Shown here piece after piece: positions 14,121 to 26,574 of a stretch of 64,000 nucleotides of DNA. The position numbers were made by a program, and so were the translations under genes. Below the pieces are notes generated by a model. That model was not told the origin of the DNA. It searched no databases and saw only the letters and a program-made list of their open reading frames with translations. Positions within the stretch are counted from its first letter, which is position 1, and every line of letters starts with the position of its first letter. This stretch comes from Paragordius varius (Eukaryota; Animalia; Nematomorpha). The stretch covers positions 2,294,001 to 2,358,000 of the forward strand of contig OZ176054.1 of the NCBI GenBank assembly GCA_964247055.1, given 5' to 3'.

Positions 14121-14470
14121 AGGGTACAGGAATTTTGGAGGGCTAGAGTTCAAACCCTGAAATTGAAGTTTTCCAATGACTGTCAGCCCTTGGCAGGCGA
14201 ATGTTAAAGCATCTACAAGTTCTGATATACCATTTTTCAGATAAAAGCAACATTTTTCGACCAAATGCAACCTTTTTTCAAGCAAAGACAACATTTTTTA
14301 AGCCAATGCAGCATTTTACCAAGCAAGTGCATCTCATCCAAACGCAACATTTCGGTTGATTTTACTTAAAAATGTTGCGTTTACTTGAAAAAATGTTGCT
14401 TGAAAAAATGCTGCGTTTGGTTAAAAAAATGTTGCTTTTGACTAAAAAATGGTATTTAAGTCTCTACCCT
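14121..14470. mobile_element. Foldback-like element with inverted arrays of a ~21-bp unit
   Basis: Termini AGGGTAC... / ...CTACCCT. About 5 units containing GCAACATTTTT (14240-14350) face about 5 units containing AAAAATGTTGC (14370-14455). No clear TSD. Confidence 0.65.
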
Positions 14471-15783
14471 TTAATAAAAAGGAAAAAAGATACTCTAATT
14501 ATAATAAATATATGAGTAAAAAAAATTTACAATTTTTTCCACACCGTTTGAGATGTTTTAATGCAAAAATACTATGATTTTTATGATTCAATTGGCCGGT
14601 CTCTACACCCTTTCCTACATATAGTATTTTTATGGTGTTGAAACTACAAGGTTATATAGCCCTATTTAAATAGTCCTAAAATTATTTTCCCAAAAATTTA
14701 TATAAAGTTTTCAGACTTTTGTAACAGCATATTGGATGTTTGAAATTTTATAGGTACTTTATACTATTGAAACCTATTTGTTATTATTGTTTTATATGTT
14801 TTATTTTGACTGGTGACTTTTTAGCAGCCGTCACGGCCATGCACTTATGAATTCATTCAAAACAGGTCAGACCAAATCCCATTTGTATTTAAATATTAGC
14901 GAAGGTTTTCCTTAATGCCTGTTTGAAGGTTCTCGAGGTTGTCGAGCGATAACATGAATATAGTGGACCTACTATTTTTATCTGATCCTTGTCTATGTTC
15001 CATATTTTACATTCGTCTACAAACGTTGAGAAAACAGGCTCGCATATTTATCCCAATTTAAATCCAATCTTATCTAAATTCGGCAGTTACTTATGGTTTA
15101 TGGAAAATGTGTTTAGTGAGAAGCCGGACGGAGTATGGATATCCAAATATAGCGTGTCGCGTCTCACAGTAATACAATTCTTTCCAAGGTTTTTTCAAAT
15201 ATATAAAATATCTACTGGAATTTTATTTGCGTCTCGATTACCGTCGTATAATCATATTATATGCCTGCATTCACAGTTATTACAAATTTGGGTTTAAAAA
15301 TCAGTTTTTATAATTTGACATCATAAATTTTAATTTGTGTGGGTACGCCGGTTGTTATGCGTCGTTATATTGATTCTACCTTATTCACGACGTTTATACG
15401 AATGTTCATAATTTTAAGCTCCGGATAATTAGGTATGAAAAAATAAGGTTTTTTATTAATGAAAACATTTTCGACACTGCCAATACTTAACACATTAATA
15501 TTTCCTTTTGTTATAAATTACTTTAGTTAGATCCAAGAAATAAAATTTAATATATGCAAAGCCTCTTTAAAAATATTTTTGGTTACATTTTAGCATGATC
15601 ATTGCTTTATAAATGCACAATTATTCAATAAATTTAACAAGGAAAAATTTTAAAAACTGCTAGTATATTTTTTTGGATTTCACTGTTTATTATACATATA
15701 GAGGCCTACCGTGCTTCAGGGGATATGAACCAAATAATCCATACATATTTTAGTTAGATATTTTTATCTATATATTTTTTGAT

Positions 15784-15786
<3 letters not shown>

Positions 15787-15814
<28 letters not shown>
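15787..15814. repeat. (TA)n microsatellite
   Basis: About 14 TA units. Confidence 0.95.
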
Positions 15815-15817
<3 letters not shown>

Positions 15818-18800
15818 CGCTAAGAAGTTATACAAACAACATAGGAAAATTAAAATTGGATTTTAATTAAATTTCCTCTTTTTTCTCCTTATTTGTCGCT
15901 TTTGGTTTATAGGATAAACCATTTTTTTTAGTTATCTCACCAAGATAATTTTCAATATTTTAATATACTACCACATATAAAAATGATGATTTTTTATTTA
16001 TATATTCAATTATGAAAAAAAATTGTCATCACATTTATATATATATTGATTGAGTAAATAATGTAAATGTAACCAGCAACATATTTTAAATTTATAATCT
16101 AACAATTTTACCAATATATGTTTAATCTAGCATTATTCCTATATTTTGAAATAATAGTTTTCCAATTTTCAAAATCAAATTAATAAATATCCAATTCGAA
16201 AATAATTTTCCCTTAAATACAGCTAATTTAATTCTTGGCAGATTCTTTAGTTTCTAGTTTTGTTTGGAAATGTTTTTTACACTTCAAGAATGGATTTTTT
16301 TCAGAGTGACCAAGAAGAACAAGATTAATGAAGGTAGTATTACCAAAATACCTATATATATATATATATAGAATTTACCATAATAACGAGTGTAGTCTTT
16401 GCAAAATTAATTAATTTTTACAGTTTGCACAAAAAGCCAGACAACATTTTTTTGCTAATAATAAACCCCATTTAATATTTACCTTAATATAAATTTTTAT
16501 TTTCTATATATATTTAGCAATTTCTAATTTTTATTCATTTTTAGATTATGTGTGTATGTTTCGCGTGAGTCTCCAATAATTAAACAAGACAAGCTATTGG
16601 TGACAAATTCGTATTTATAACATCTCTACTCTATTACATTTTTTTTCAATGTGGAATAGATGTGCCTTTTAACATTACTATTTCATTTTTTTTGGAAAAA
16701 AATTTTTTTTTGCTGAAAATTATATCATTTTCTACGTTATGAGAAGCAAAAACAATTAACTATACCTATACCTATCTTCCACGCTTCACTGCAGGACATG
16801 ATGGATGTATTCCCATTAAAAAGGTTATAAGTTTGTTTCAAATAAATATCATTTTTACCTAATTTTTATTTTTAAAAAATATTATTTCAGTTATACTATA
16901 AAAATATATATAGCGTATTAAGTTCAGTTTTTTTGATCAAAGCTAGCTAAATTGTGCACAATTTTAATTATTTTTATGGTTAAGATTTTTAAAATGACAA
17001 TATTAATATATATTTATGTTTGTAGTCAAAGCTTTTAGTTTCTAAATATTTTCTCCTCTAAGAAACCAAAAGAAATAATTGTGGTCAAGAAATTTGTTTT
17101 TTTTCATCTTTTACAGAGTGTCTTTACAGAACAGCATATTAGTTTATCATAAATCTTAATTAAAAAATATATCTTAATATTTATGATGTTAGTACGTTAC
17201 CTAAAAAATAAAACACCAACAAGTCTTAAATACTAAAAGAAAATAAAATGTTTTTTGAATTTTCTATTAATTCCACTGAATAATTTATATATTTTTTTGC
17301 TTAAAGAAGTTTTCCCTTAACCTAATCCAAGATGTGCTGTATAATTACTCTAATTATGTCGACTGGATGTAATAATATTAATAATAAGTGATTTAATTTA
17401 ACCCACAAAGGTTTAAAATTAATATATTTGTCTGCTCTCATAAATTATTAAAAACTCTTCTGACATTTATTAAAATAACACACATATTTGTGGCAGATTT
17501 TAAGATACTATATTCTAAAATAAAACTATCGTTTTACCAATCAATTTTAATATGTTTATGTTTGTTAATTCGGGCTTTAAGGCTCAGTATTTTAAATTTT
17601 CAGCCATACTTTGCCTAAACAGAAAATTTTCAAATTTTTTTGTGAAATCACTATTTTACTTAGGTAAAAATATTTAAGAATTTGCAATCACTGGAATTAT
17701 ATTAATACTGGTTGTTTCGGTCAGGATATCTATAGTTTATAGTGTCAAATTACAAAAAAATAAAGTTTTGTTCAAGATGTTGGGTAATCCATCTTATTTT
17801 AGCTCCAATAACTTTTAAATAATATATAATTTAACCCCAAATATCCTAACTAAAACGTTTTCTTCTTAGATTAAAAATGTGAAATAAGTTTATGGTAATT
17901 AACTTCGGTCATTTTCTTTTTAAACATGTATTTATAATAAATTTAAAAATCTTATAAATTATTAAAAATAATTATGATAATGCTTTTGAGAGAAAATATT
18001 GATAAGTTCGGTAAATTTGTTTTAATTCCAGAAATCTATTCTAATTTTTAAAATTAATGTAAATTGTCAGCAAAGATAGTATGTAAAAGCATAATTGAAA
18101 ATTATAAATATTTTAGTCCTTTTAGTTATTTACTTTTTAAATTTAGTTTTAATAATTTTGCTTTTTGGGGTTTTAAAACGAATCATGAAGCAGTAAGACA
18201 CGTTAAAGTCTATTAGGTTTTAATATAGGTATCAAAACTACAACACAACTCTTATATAATATTTGTTTGCAGTTTATTAAACTGAAGCAGCCGAAATCAA
18301 TGAAATAGAAATAAATTTGATATTTTTCCTACGATAGTCTCTTTATAATTCGAATTACGATCCATAAATTTTTAGACATATTATCCAGCCACCATACTAT
18401 ATAATTGTATTAATCAGTGCCTATCACTTTCTATTATTATTTCACGAGTTAATTGTTGTGCTGACAAAGAAATCTGTAAATGTTTTGAAAAGTTTTTTGG
18501 TTTAGAAAAAAGCTTGTATAAAAATCTTTTTATAAAAAATTAATATTCATAATAGGTAGGTAGTTTCAAATAGCAAATCTATCTATCCATTTATTTTTGT
18601 ATTGCTCTAATTTTTTAGTTAATTTAGGATGACATGGTTGTATTAATTTATAATTCATATTCTACGATTTTGAAAGAGAGAGATATATAGGAACCTAAAG
18701 TCTTATATTTTGAATATAAATGTGTTTTATGTTTTATATATATACAAATATAAAATTTTTCGATTTTGAAAACTTAGAATATCTGACCAAGAATTTAAAA

Positions 18801-19912
18801 GCCTGACTAAAAAAATATAATTAAAATATCTCTACCAAAACTCAACACTGTTTATAACTAACTATGCCACTTTTTAATTTGCGTTCAAAATGCATTTGCT
18901 AATTAAATTAAACTGTTTAGCTAATAACTAATTTTTTGGTGGACTTATTTTGACAAGAGGTTAGTATATCATATTGTATTATCTAGAAAATTTTTTTGAT
19001 AATCATCAACTCTCCAAGATAATTTTGATTTATCTACCTTTAATATTTTATTTTCGTTTGGGCGTATGAGATTAGAATAAAACTCATATCATAGAACCAA
19101 TCGGAAAATGACTGTTTTTAACACTAAACAAGTATTAGTTATTACAGTTTTTTTAACGTCCCATCTCATCTGAAATTCACAACAAATTTTAATTGTCAAA
19201 TTACTGTCGACTAATTGAATTAACCACCATATTACTTTCTCAATTAGTGTCATAAAAATGATTAAAAAAGTGGTTTCAAAAGAGTTTATCTTTAAACAAT
19301 GCCATGAAAAAATTTCAACAGACTTTTGTTTTACTGCATCATCCATCTATTACGAATTCTCTAAATAAATTGGGCCCCAATAAAATTTTGGTATTAAATA
19401 ACCACCATAAAAACTTTAATAGATGATTTCTTTTTGTTTCAAATGGTGAAATTTAAAACAACTCTTTAAAGGACTATTTTATGTACAAAACTACATAAAA
19501 ATTAGTATTCTTCATGATATATTAAAATATTTTTTTATATTCGAAACGATAAAATAAATCATTGGTATTATTCATTTAAATAATTTGAAATAGCAAAATG
19601 CTATAAATTATATTCATTTCTCAATATTTAAATTTTAATAATGATCAATATTAAATGTGACAAATCCTATGGGATTTTTTTAGTAAAATCGAATTTTGAG
19701 ATTGAAATTAACTTACTTGATTTTCGAATTCAAGGTTACATCCTCCAAAAAAGTTTTATAATTATAAAAAATAATTAATCAAGTCGTATTTTCAAAAAGT
19801 TTACTCAAATTTAAAAAAATACGGGGCCTTCCCAATGTATTAAACTAAATAAATTTTTTGGTAAAATTTGAATCAAATTTAAAATATAAAATAAAAAACA
19901 ACCCTTTTTATA

Positions 19913-20707
19913 CAGTAAAGAGAGCAATTATTGGTCAATTCGGTATATTTCATATGGCTAAAAAGGTATTTAATTTACCAAATCTGTTGGTAAAATTAAG
20001 TTTTTCATTTACAATTTACAACATAATTTCATTACAAACAGGCGCCCTTGTATTTTTTACCAACAATTTTAATTAAAGTATGCATTTTAATAGTTGCTTA
20101 GTCATATATCCTTTATTTTATCTAAAATTTATTTTCTTTCGTTAAATGGGTATAAATATTTGGTAAAGAATGGAAAAAACAAAAGTTCTTGGTATTAACA
20201 ATATAATATTCATCAAAAAAGAGCTCTTGTTTTTTCATTCTTTACCAAATATTTATACCCATTTAACAGAAAAAATAAATTTTTTGATAAAATAAAGGAT
20301 ACATGACTGTATATTAGATATTTCATTTACAATTTACAACATAATTTCATAGCAAACAGGCGCCCTTGTATATTTTTACCCACAATTTTAATTACAGTAT
20401 GCATTTTAATTGTTATTTATTTCACACTATAGTTGGTCAATTCGCAACACAGTATGCGGAAAAAACAACTAAATGTTAAATAAACCTTTTTTTTACCATA
20501 CGTTGTTTATTTTATGTTATTTTATTAGTTTATATTCCTGTGTTAAAAATTGCCCAACTTAAGTGTGAAAAAAGTAACCATTGAAATTTATACTGTAAAA
20601 ATGTAACTAATAAAAATGAAAACTCCTACATACCAACAGACATGTAAATTAAATACCTATTTAGCCAATGAAAATACTAAAATAACCAATAATAGCTATT
20701 GTTAGTG
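19913..20707. mobile_element. MITE family B (~795 bp) with ~70-bp imperfect TIRs and TA flanks
   Basis: Left end TA|CAGTAAAGAGCAATTATTGGTC...TCTGTTGGTA mirrors right end TACCAACAGA...CCAATAATAGCTATTGTTAGTG|TA. Partial copies at ~7312-7540, ~22690-22830 and ~56480-56610. Confidence 0.7.
20100..20308. mobile_element. Nested MITE with ~90-bp inverted arms
   Basis: AGTCATATATCC...TTAAATGGGTATAAATATTTGGTAAAGAATG is mirrored by CATTCTTTACCAAATATTTATACCCATTTAA...GGATACATGACT. Confidence 0.8.
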
Positions 20708-23700
20708 TATTTATAGCAAGTTAATTCCATTATACCAATGCGCAAATTTGCCCTTCCACTCTAATACATTTTTGATGGATAAATAAATTTGTTAATGGCA
20801 TTAATTTGAGCAAAGTTTAAGTTAACCTCTGTACTGTGAGTTCAACATTTTTATAAAAAAATTAATAAATTTTCCAAGTATATAGGAAAAACATACTATA
20901 ATTTTTGGATTCGGATTTTTGATAAGTATTATATAAGATAAGGATCTAATCTATTTTGCGGTATAAACTTTGAATCTTTTTTCTTTTTGACTTCTCTCCA
21001 AGTTAAAATGCGTGACTTTTATAAAGTATCAATGGTAGATATGGTTAACCAAATATATTATGAAAATCTATTTCTGATAAAGTTTTGCCTTGGTTTTTAA
21101 CAAACTAAAAGGATTTTTTATCAATCAATATCCAATAGTTATTGAATAAATTCAAATTCGTTTCAAGCACTTCAAATTAAACTTAATTTTTATGAGAAGC
21201 AAATTTTTATTGTGATAATTTTTAAAACAAATTTTCAGTAGTATTTTGCAATCAAATAATTTGCCGCGTGTCTCGATATATCAAAAAGTAGAACAAAAAT
21301 AATATGACAGCACAATTTGTTAATATCAGCAAATCTTTTATGATTCCAATGCAGCAAATGCAATATAATTTGAAATATTGATTATATGCCATCCCTAAGT
21401 AATCTGTTTTTAAGATTATAAAGTATTTTATTCAATATCAATCAAATTAACTAATTACAATTTTAAATGAAAAATCGGGGTTTAATAACCATTTTTTTTA
21501 GTTTTGCTTATTTTTTCTAAATTATTTGATTCATTTATTAATGCTGAGTTATGTATTTAATATATCCATCGAATGTTTGGATAAAAACGGCTTATTCGAA
21601 TTAAACAATTTTTCGCTATTAATTTTAACATTATGTCGCGTTTTTATTGTGAACAAAATACTTATACGATTCTGTAATCGAAATTGCCAGGTAAATATGC
21701 ACGTTACACAATTTCATTCTTTGTTACCAAATTGTTTTATAATTACCTGGATTAATTTAAATAATTTTTTAAAATCTAAAATATTTTTAGATTAAAAAGC
21801 AAAAATATCCAATTTCTAGCAGAGAGTATCTTATTTCACCATAATTACGAGGTTTTTCATATTTATCTTTTTGTGGCTTTACTTAAACGATGTTAAAAAT
21901 AAAAATATTTAAATAGGCAATCTTTTTACCAAAATTTAATATATAATTATGGATACATTTATTAAGACAATTTTCCAATCAAGTTTTACATTTAGAAAAA
22001 AAGTAACCCAAAAACGATTTTTTAGCAATCATATACTTTAAATTTTTGATAAACATTTTTATCGCCCAGTCCTTTTCAATATAAAAAATTCAATTGATAG
22101 ATGCCTAATTTTATTTATATTGTTAATTGAAACATTTATCATATATTTTAAGTACTTTAATATACATTTATTTGCATCTTCTTGACTGATCTTCTTTATA
22201 ATATCAACGATGTTTTTTTCTAAATGATTTCATTCATTGCTCGTATTTTACATTAAAACCCATTCATTATTTGATTTTAAAGTTTAACAGAAATTTTTTT
22301 TTATATTTAATATATTTTTTTCATAAGCATAGAGTAAACTACCAATAATGATTAGAAATGAATTTCAATTTATTCCTCAACAATGAGCATTTGTAAAGGA
22401 TCAATCATTTTTCAATAGCTTTTTGTGATGTAATATAATTTTTTCCAATTATTAATCTTTTATTTAAATTTCTTTTGAACACATTTCTAAATCTAATTTA
22501 AATTAAATTTAAATTATTGAAAGTCGGCAAATTAAGCCATGCAATAAAATATTTACATTTTTGATAATTAAAGTCGAGATTAGGAAATGTGCAACCTTTA
22601 CGATTAACCAGAAAAGAGTTACAAAATGCAAGTTACGCTGTTTTACAAAAATTATCCCGTTAATTTTTAGCAAGCAATTTTAGCTAACCTGATATTTTAT
22701 TACAAACAGGCGCCACTGTATGTTTTTCTCCAGAGTTTCAATTAAATTTGTAAATAATAAAAATGAATAATTATCATACCGCCTAACTTGAAAAGCCCGT
22801 TTACATTTTAAATACTGATATGGCCAACAAGAATTTAGTTACTGTAGTGTTAGTTACAATCTTTTAATGGTAACTAAAGAAAAATATGGAGTAGGTATTT
22901 GCTTTTCTTTGCTTAGTGTATCATATTGAGTGGTTTTTTGTCGGTTAATTTCAAATTAATCATAATCATATTGTATTTGTATAATTTATTGTTTAACATT
23001 GTTTTAAAATATTGTCGTAATATCTTTTAGTTTTTGAAATATATGGTAACTTTAAGAGCCAAAATTAGATAGCTTTTGGTTCGATTGAAACAGTCCATAT
23101 TGAAATTTATCGAATTTTGCTGCTAAAATACAATCAAAAACATTTAAAAGTTTATCATGATTTTTTTAATTTTGACTTTTTTTAAAATGATTTTTGAATT
23201 ATGGGCCTAAAGGTCCATATAATACATATTTTTAATTTGGTTGATGTAGACTCCAAAAGGTAATAAAATGTTGAGGAGAATTTACGATTTTTAAACTCAC
23301 TTATATTTTTACCTATTCACCAATTATAAAAGTTATCAAGCCAATAATTGTCTCTTTGTATTATAATTACCGATTAAGGACAAAGTTTTTTTATTAACAA
23401 CTACCAGTTGCTGATATATTTGTCCTGATTAGGAAGTTATTTCCATATCCTATAAGAGTAAAATATTTTGGTTAAAAAGGGCAAAAATTAACAATATTAA
23501 AACTGGAAAAAATCTAAATAATGCTTAGTCTCATGATTAAATTTTAAAACAATTCCCACACCTATGCAACCCGAATAATCCACACTAATTTTTTTTAACA
23601 TATGCTCTATTTCTATATTTTGTAAACCAATATATAAAAATTACTCGTAACAAATACCAATGATATTAAATAATAGAAATATATAGGATAGAAAACCAAC

Positions 23701-26574
23701 CAATTTTCCAAAAAAAGTTAATTAACTTATTTGAAGGAGAGCCGTCTACACCAGACATGTATATGTATGTGTTGTAGGCGCTAAAAATTTAATTTTAATT
23801 TATTTTATACATAAATTACATTTTTTTGTTTTTGTTTTTAAAAAGTATATAGGATATGAATTGCAAATATTACTATATTTGATTACTTATTTTCTTTTCC
23901 TTTGTTAGAATGAACAAGCTTATTAACATTCAAAATTTTGATTCTGTGATCACTTAACAAGATATTTTATACTATACCAAACTCCAAAAAAGCTTATTTT
24001 ATCAGAATTTTAAGATCACTCATGTTATTATTAAGGGCTAATGTTTGATTTTTTACTCATGTAATAATAAGTCACAAATTTATTTGTCTGTGAAAAAAAA
24101 CTCCCAATAAGTTATATGTTGTATAATTGCATATTCATTGATCAATTTTAGTATTTGTGGTGATATATCATGTCTTCATCCTGTAACAATTTTTCCCCTT
24201 ATATATTGTATGCATTTTAAACTTGAGTTGCGTGATTTCATTATTTTAACAAATAATATCATAAAATAGCAACAACGGACGACTCTATTCATCACATATC
24301 ACAAAATAGTATTGATTTATTCATTCTAAATTAATATATGTATTTCATATATGTTATTTTTGAAATATATAAAGTCGTCACAAATACTATTTTATATTGA
24401 ATGCTAAATTTTAAGTTTCCCTCTCTCACGTCAGAATGGTCAATTAGAGGCGTTTTATTTTTTTGACATTTTTTATATCTTATTTATTCATATTGTAGAT
24501 ATACAAAACATACCGTTACTATTTATTAAAAGCTTTTCTTGAATTGTTGTCAAATGATAATATCCATAAATCATACACACTGTCCATATTTGAGCTATAA
24601 CAAGTGGTTAACTTTAAAAGCTTTGACACAACTAACACGTGTAAAATATTTTGTACTTAATTTTATTTTTGATTGGTTCACTTTTCCTTTTATTTTGCTA
24701 TAGAATTGGCTATACACATAAAATTTGGACATTTTAACCATTTCGAAAAATATTAAATCTCATTGTCTATAGTCGGGAGTTATAGTTGGCTTATGGGCTT
24801 TTAATTGGAGGGATAATTAAAATTTAAAGCAAACACTAAATTTAGAAACTGATTTACACCTTGAAAATACATAATTTATATCTCTCTTTAAATTAATTTG
24901 AATTTGATATCGTATTATTGACTGCATTTAAACTTAAATTGCAAGGTTGGATGGACAGTATGAGTAATTATATATTACTAATATTTCATCAATTATTGCT
25001 AGATAGCATACACAGTAAAAAGTCATTCATTCGTTTACTGATGTTAGCCAATAATTATGCTTTTTGCTGTATATGCTATCTGGTAGTATTTGATGAAATC
25101 CTAGAAATGTAGGTTAATATCCGATAATATTTGACCACTTCAAGTGAAATAGTTGTGGTTTAGTGAACAAGCGCGAAACTTGTCAGCGATTATTATTGTC
25201 GGACGGTTTCACATATCACTGCAGTTTGATATTTAGTTTTGTTTTAGGCACAAAATTTGTCATACGGAATTATAGTCTATGCAAGAAAACGAGAATTAAT
25301 AAATCTTATTATATTGTTTTTTTATGATTTCCCCTCAAAAAATTGTTTTCAATATTTTTAAATGCGTAACGACTGATTAAATAATAATCTATTCCATCCT
25401 GTTAACATTGTATTATTATGCTATTTTTGAATAGCCAAGATTGATAAATCATAAAACAACGTTGTTTTAGTAGAATATTACAATATTTGCATCTTTTTGG
25501 TTTCCTAGTGCAATGAATACTGTTAAATTTTAGCGTTCCAGGGTATATTTTTTAAAAAATATTTTTAAACATAGGCTCGAATTTATATTAAAAATTTCAG
25601 CAAAGTGAGTTCCCTTTAAGCATGATATTTATTTAGTATAGAATAATTAAAAGAAGTTGGTTTAATTTTAAACAGCCTTATAAGATCCCTTTACTTAAAA
25701 AAATCATATAACCTGTTAAATAGCAAAACTTGGCAAAATACAAAATTTTTAAATTTTTTAAATAAATTATTTCAAATTAACGACATCCATACAATGTATA
25801 TGTCCAATAATTTTCCGATAAAATATATTGTTACTTTCTCTAAAGCGTCGATGAAAAAAATAATTTAGGTAGATGGATTCGTTATAATTAAAATTATTAT
25901 CAATTTACCAGCTTAAATGGCAAATTTTACCTGATATTTTTTCATTCAATGTAAATTATTTTTCAACAAAATATTTTTACTATCGATTTTAAAAAATCAT
26001 CTTTGCACAACTAATCCCGAATATTGCATAGTTCTTAAGGTGTTTTACATCAAAAAAGCTAATATTAACAACTACATTTATATATTAAAACTTACTATTA
26101 TTATATGTATATTCAATAATCTTATATCATTGTAAAGTTTTCAATATACAGTCTCAATCCTATGCATGATATTAAAAATTGAATCTATTTAATCCTTTAT
26201 TTAATTTAATTCTTAGACGTCAGCATGACATTTTTGTCCACCAAGGAAAAAAAGGCAAATCCATTCAAAATAATGAAAACCATCCCAATTTTCTAGTTGT
26301 TTTAAAAAATTTTATCCGATTTTAACGATTAATATATTCTGAAATCCTAATGGAACTCTATCCATATTTTGAATTACTAAAGGGGTTTAACCACCCGAAA
26401 ATACTACGAAAATGGAATCTTTTTTAAACTACTTGAGCTAAGAGGTATGGCCTAGATATAAAAATTACATGCTTAAAAAACAACTGTTTTTAATAAAACC
26501 TACAACGCTATATTTTTTATCCCGTTGCAATAAAACATTTAATTGTTAAAAGAAGAACCTTATATATCACAGCA

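Noticed and set aside
14240-14455. Short regularly spaced repeats resembling a CRISPR array
   Set aside because: No unique spacers, the units invert midway, and the context is eukaryotic; this is a foldback element.
14850-15300. Possible Penelope/LINE reverse-transcriptase remnant on the minus strand (LYLDIHTPSGFS...FHKP)
   Set aside because: Similarity is faint and broken by stops in all frames; it needs a tBLASTx/HMM search to support.
16305-16333. Possible 29-nt micro-exon (TTTTCAG|...GAAG|GTAGTA)
   Set aside because: No partner exons or homology; such signals arise by chance.
7786-25112. Numerous 60-100 aa track ORFs rich in F/I/K/L/N
   Set aside because: Their composition mirrors AT-rich non-coding DNA, they often use TTG starts or lie in repeats, and they show no motifs.
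24426-26225. CRE-like motifs (TCACGTCA ~24426; AGACGTCA ~26215) upstream of the GPCR
   Set aside because: Imperfect 8-mers are expected by chance over this length, and there is no conservation evidence.
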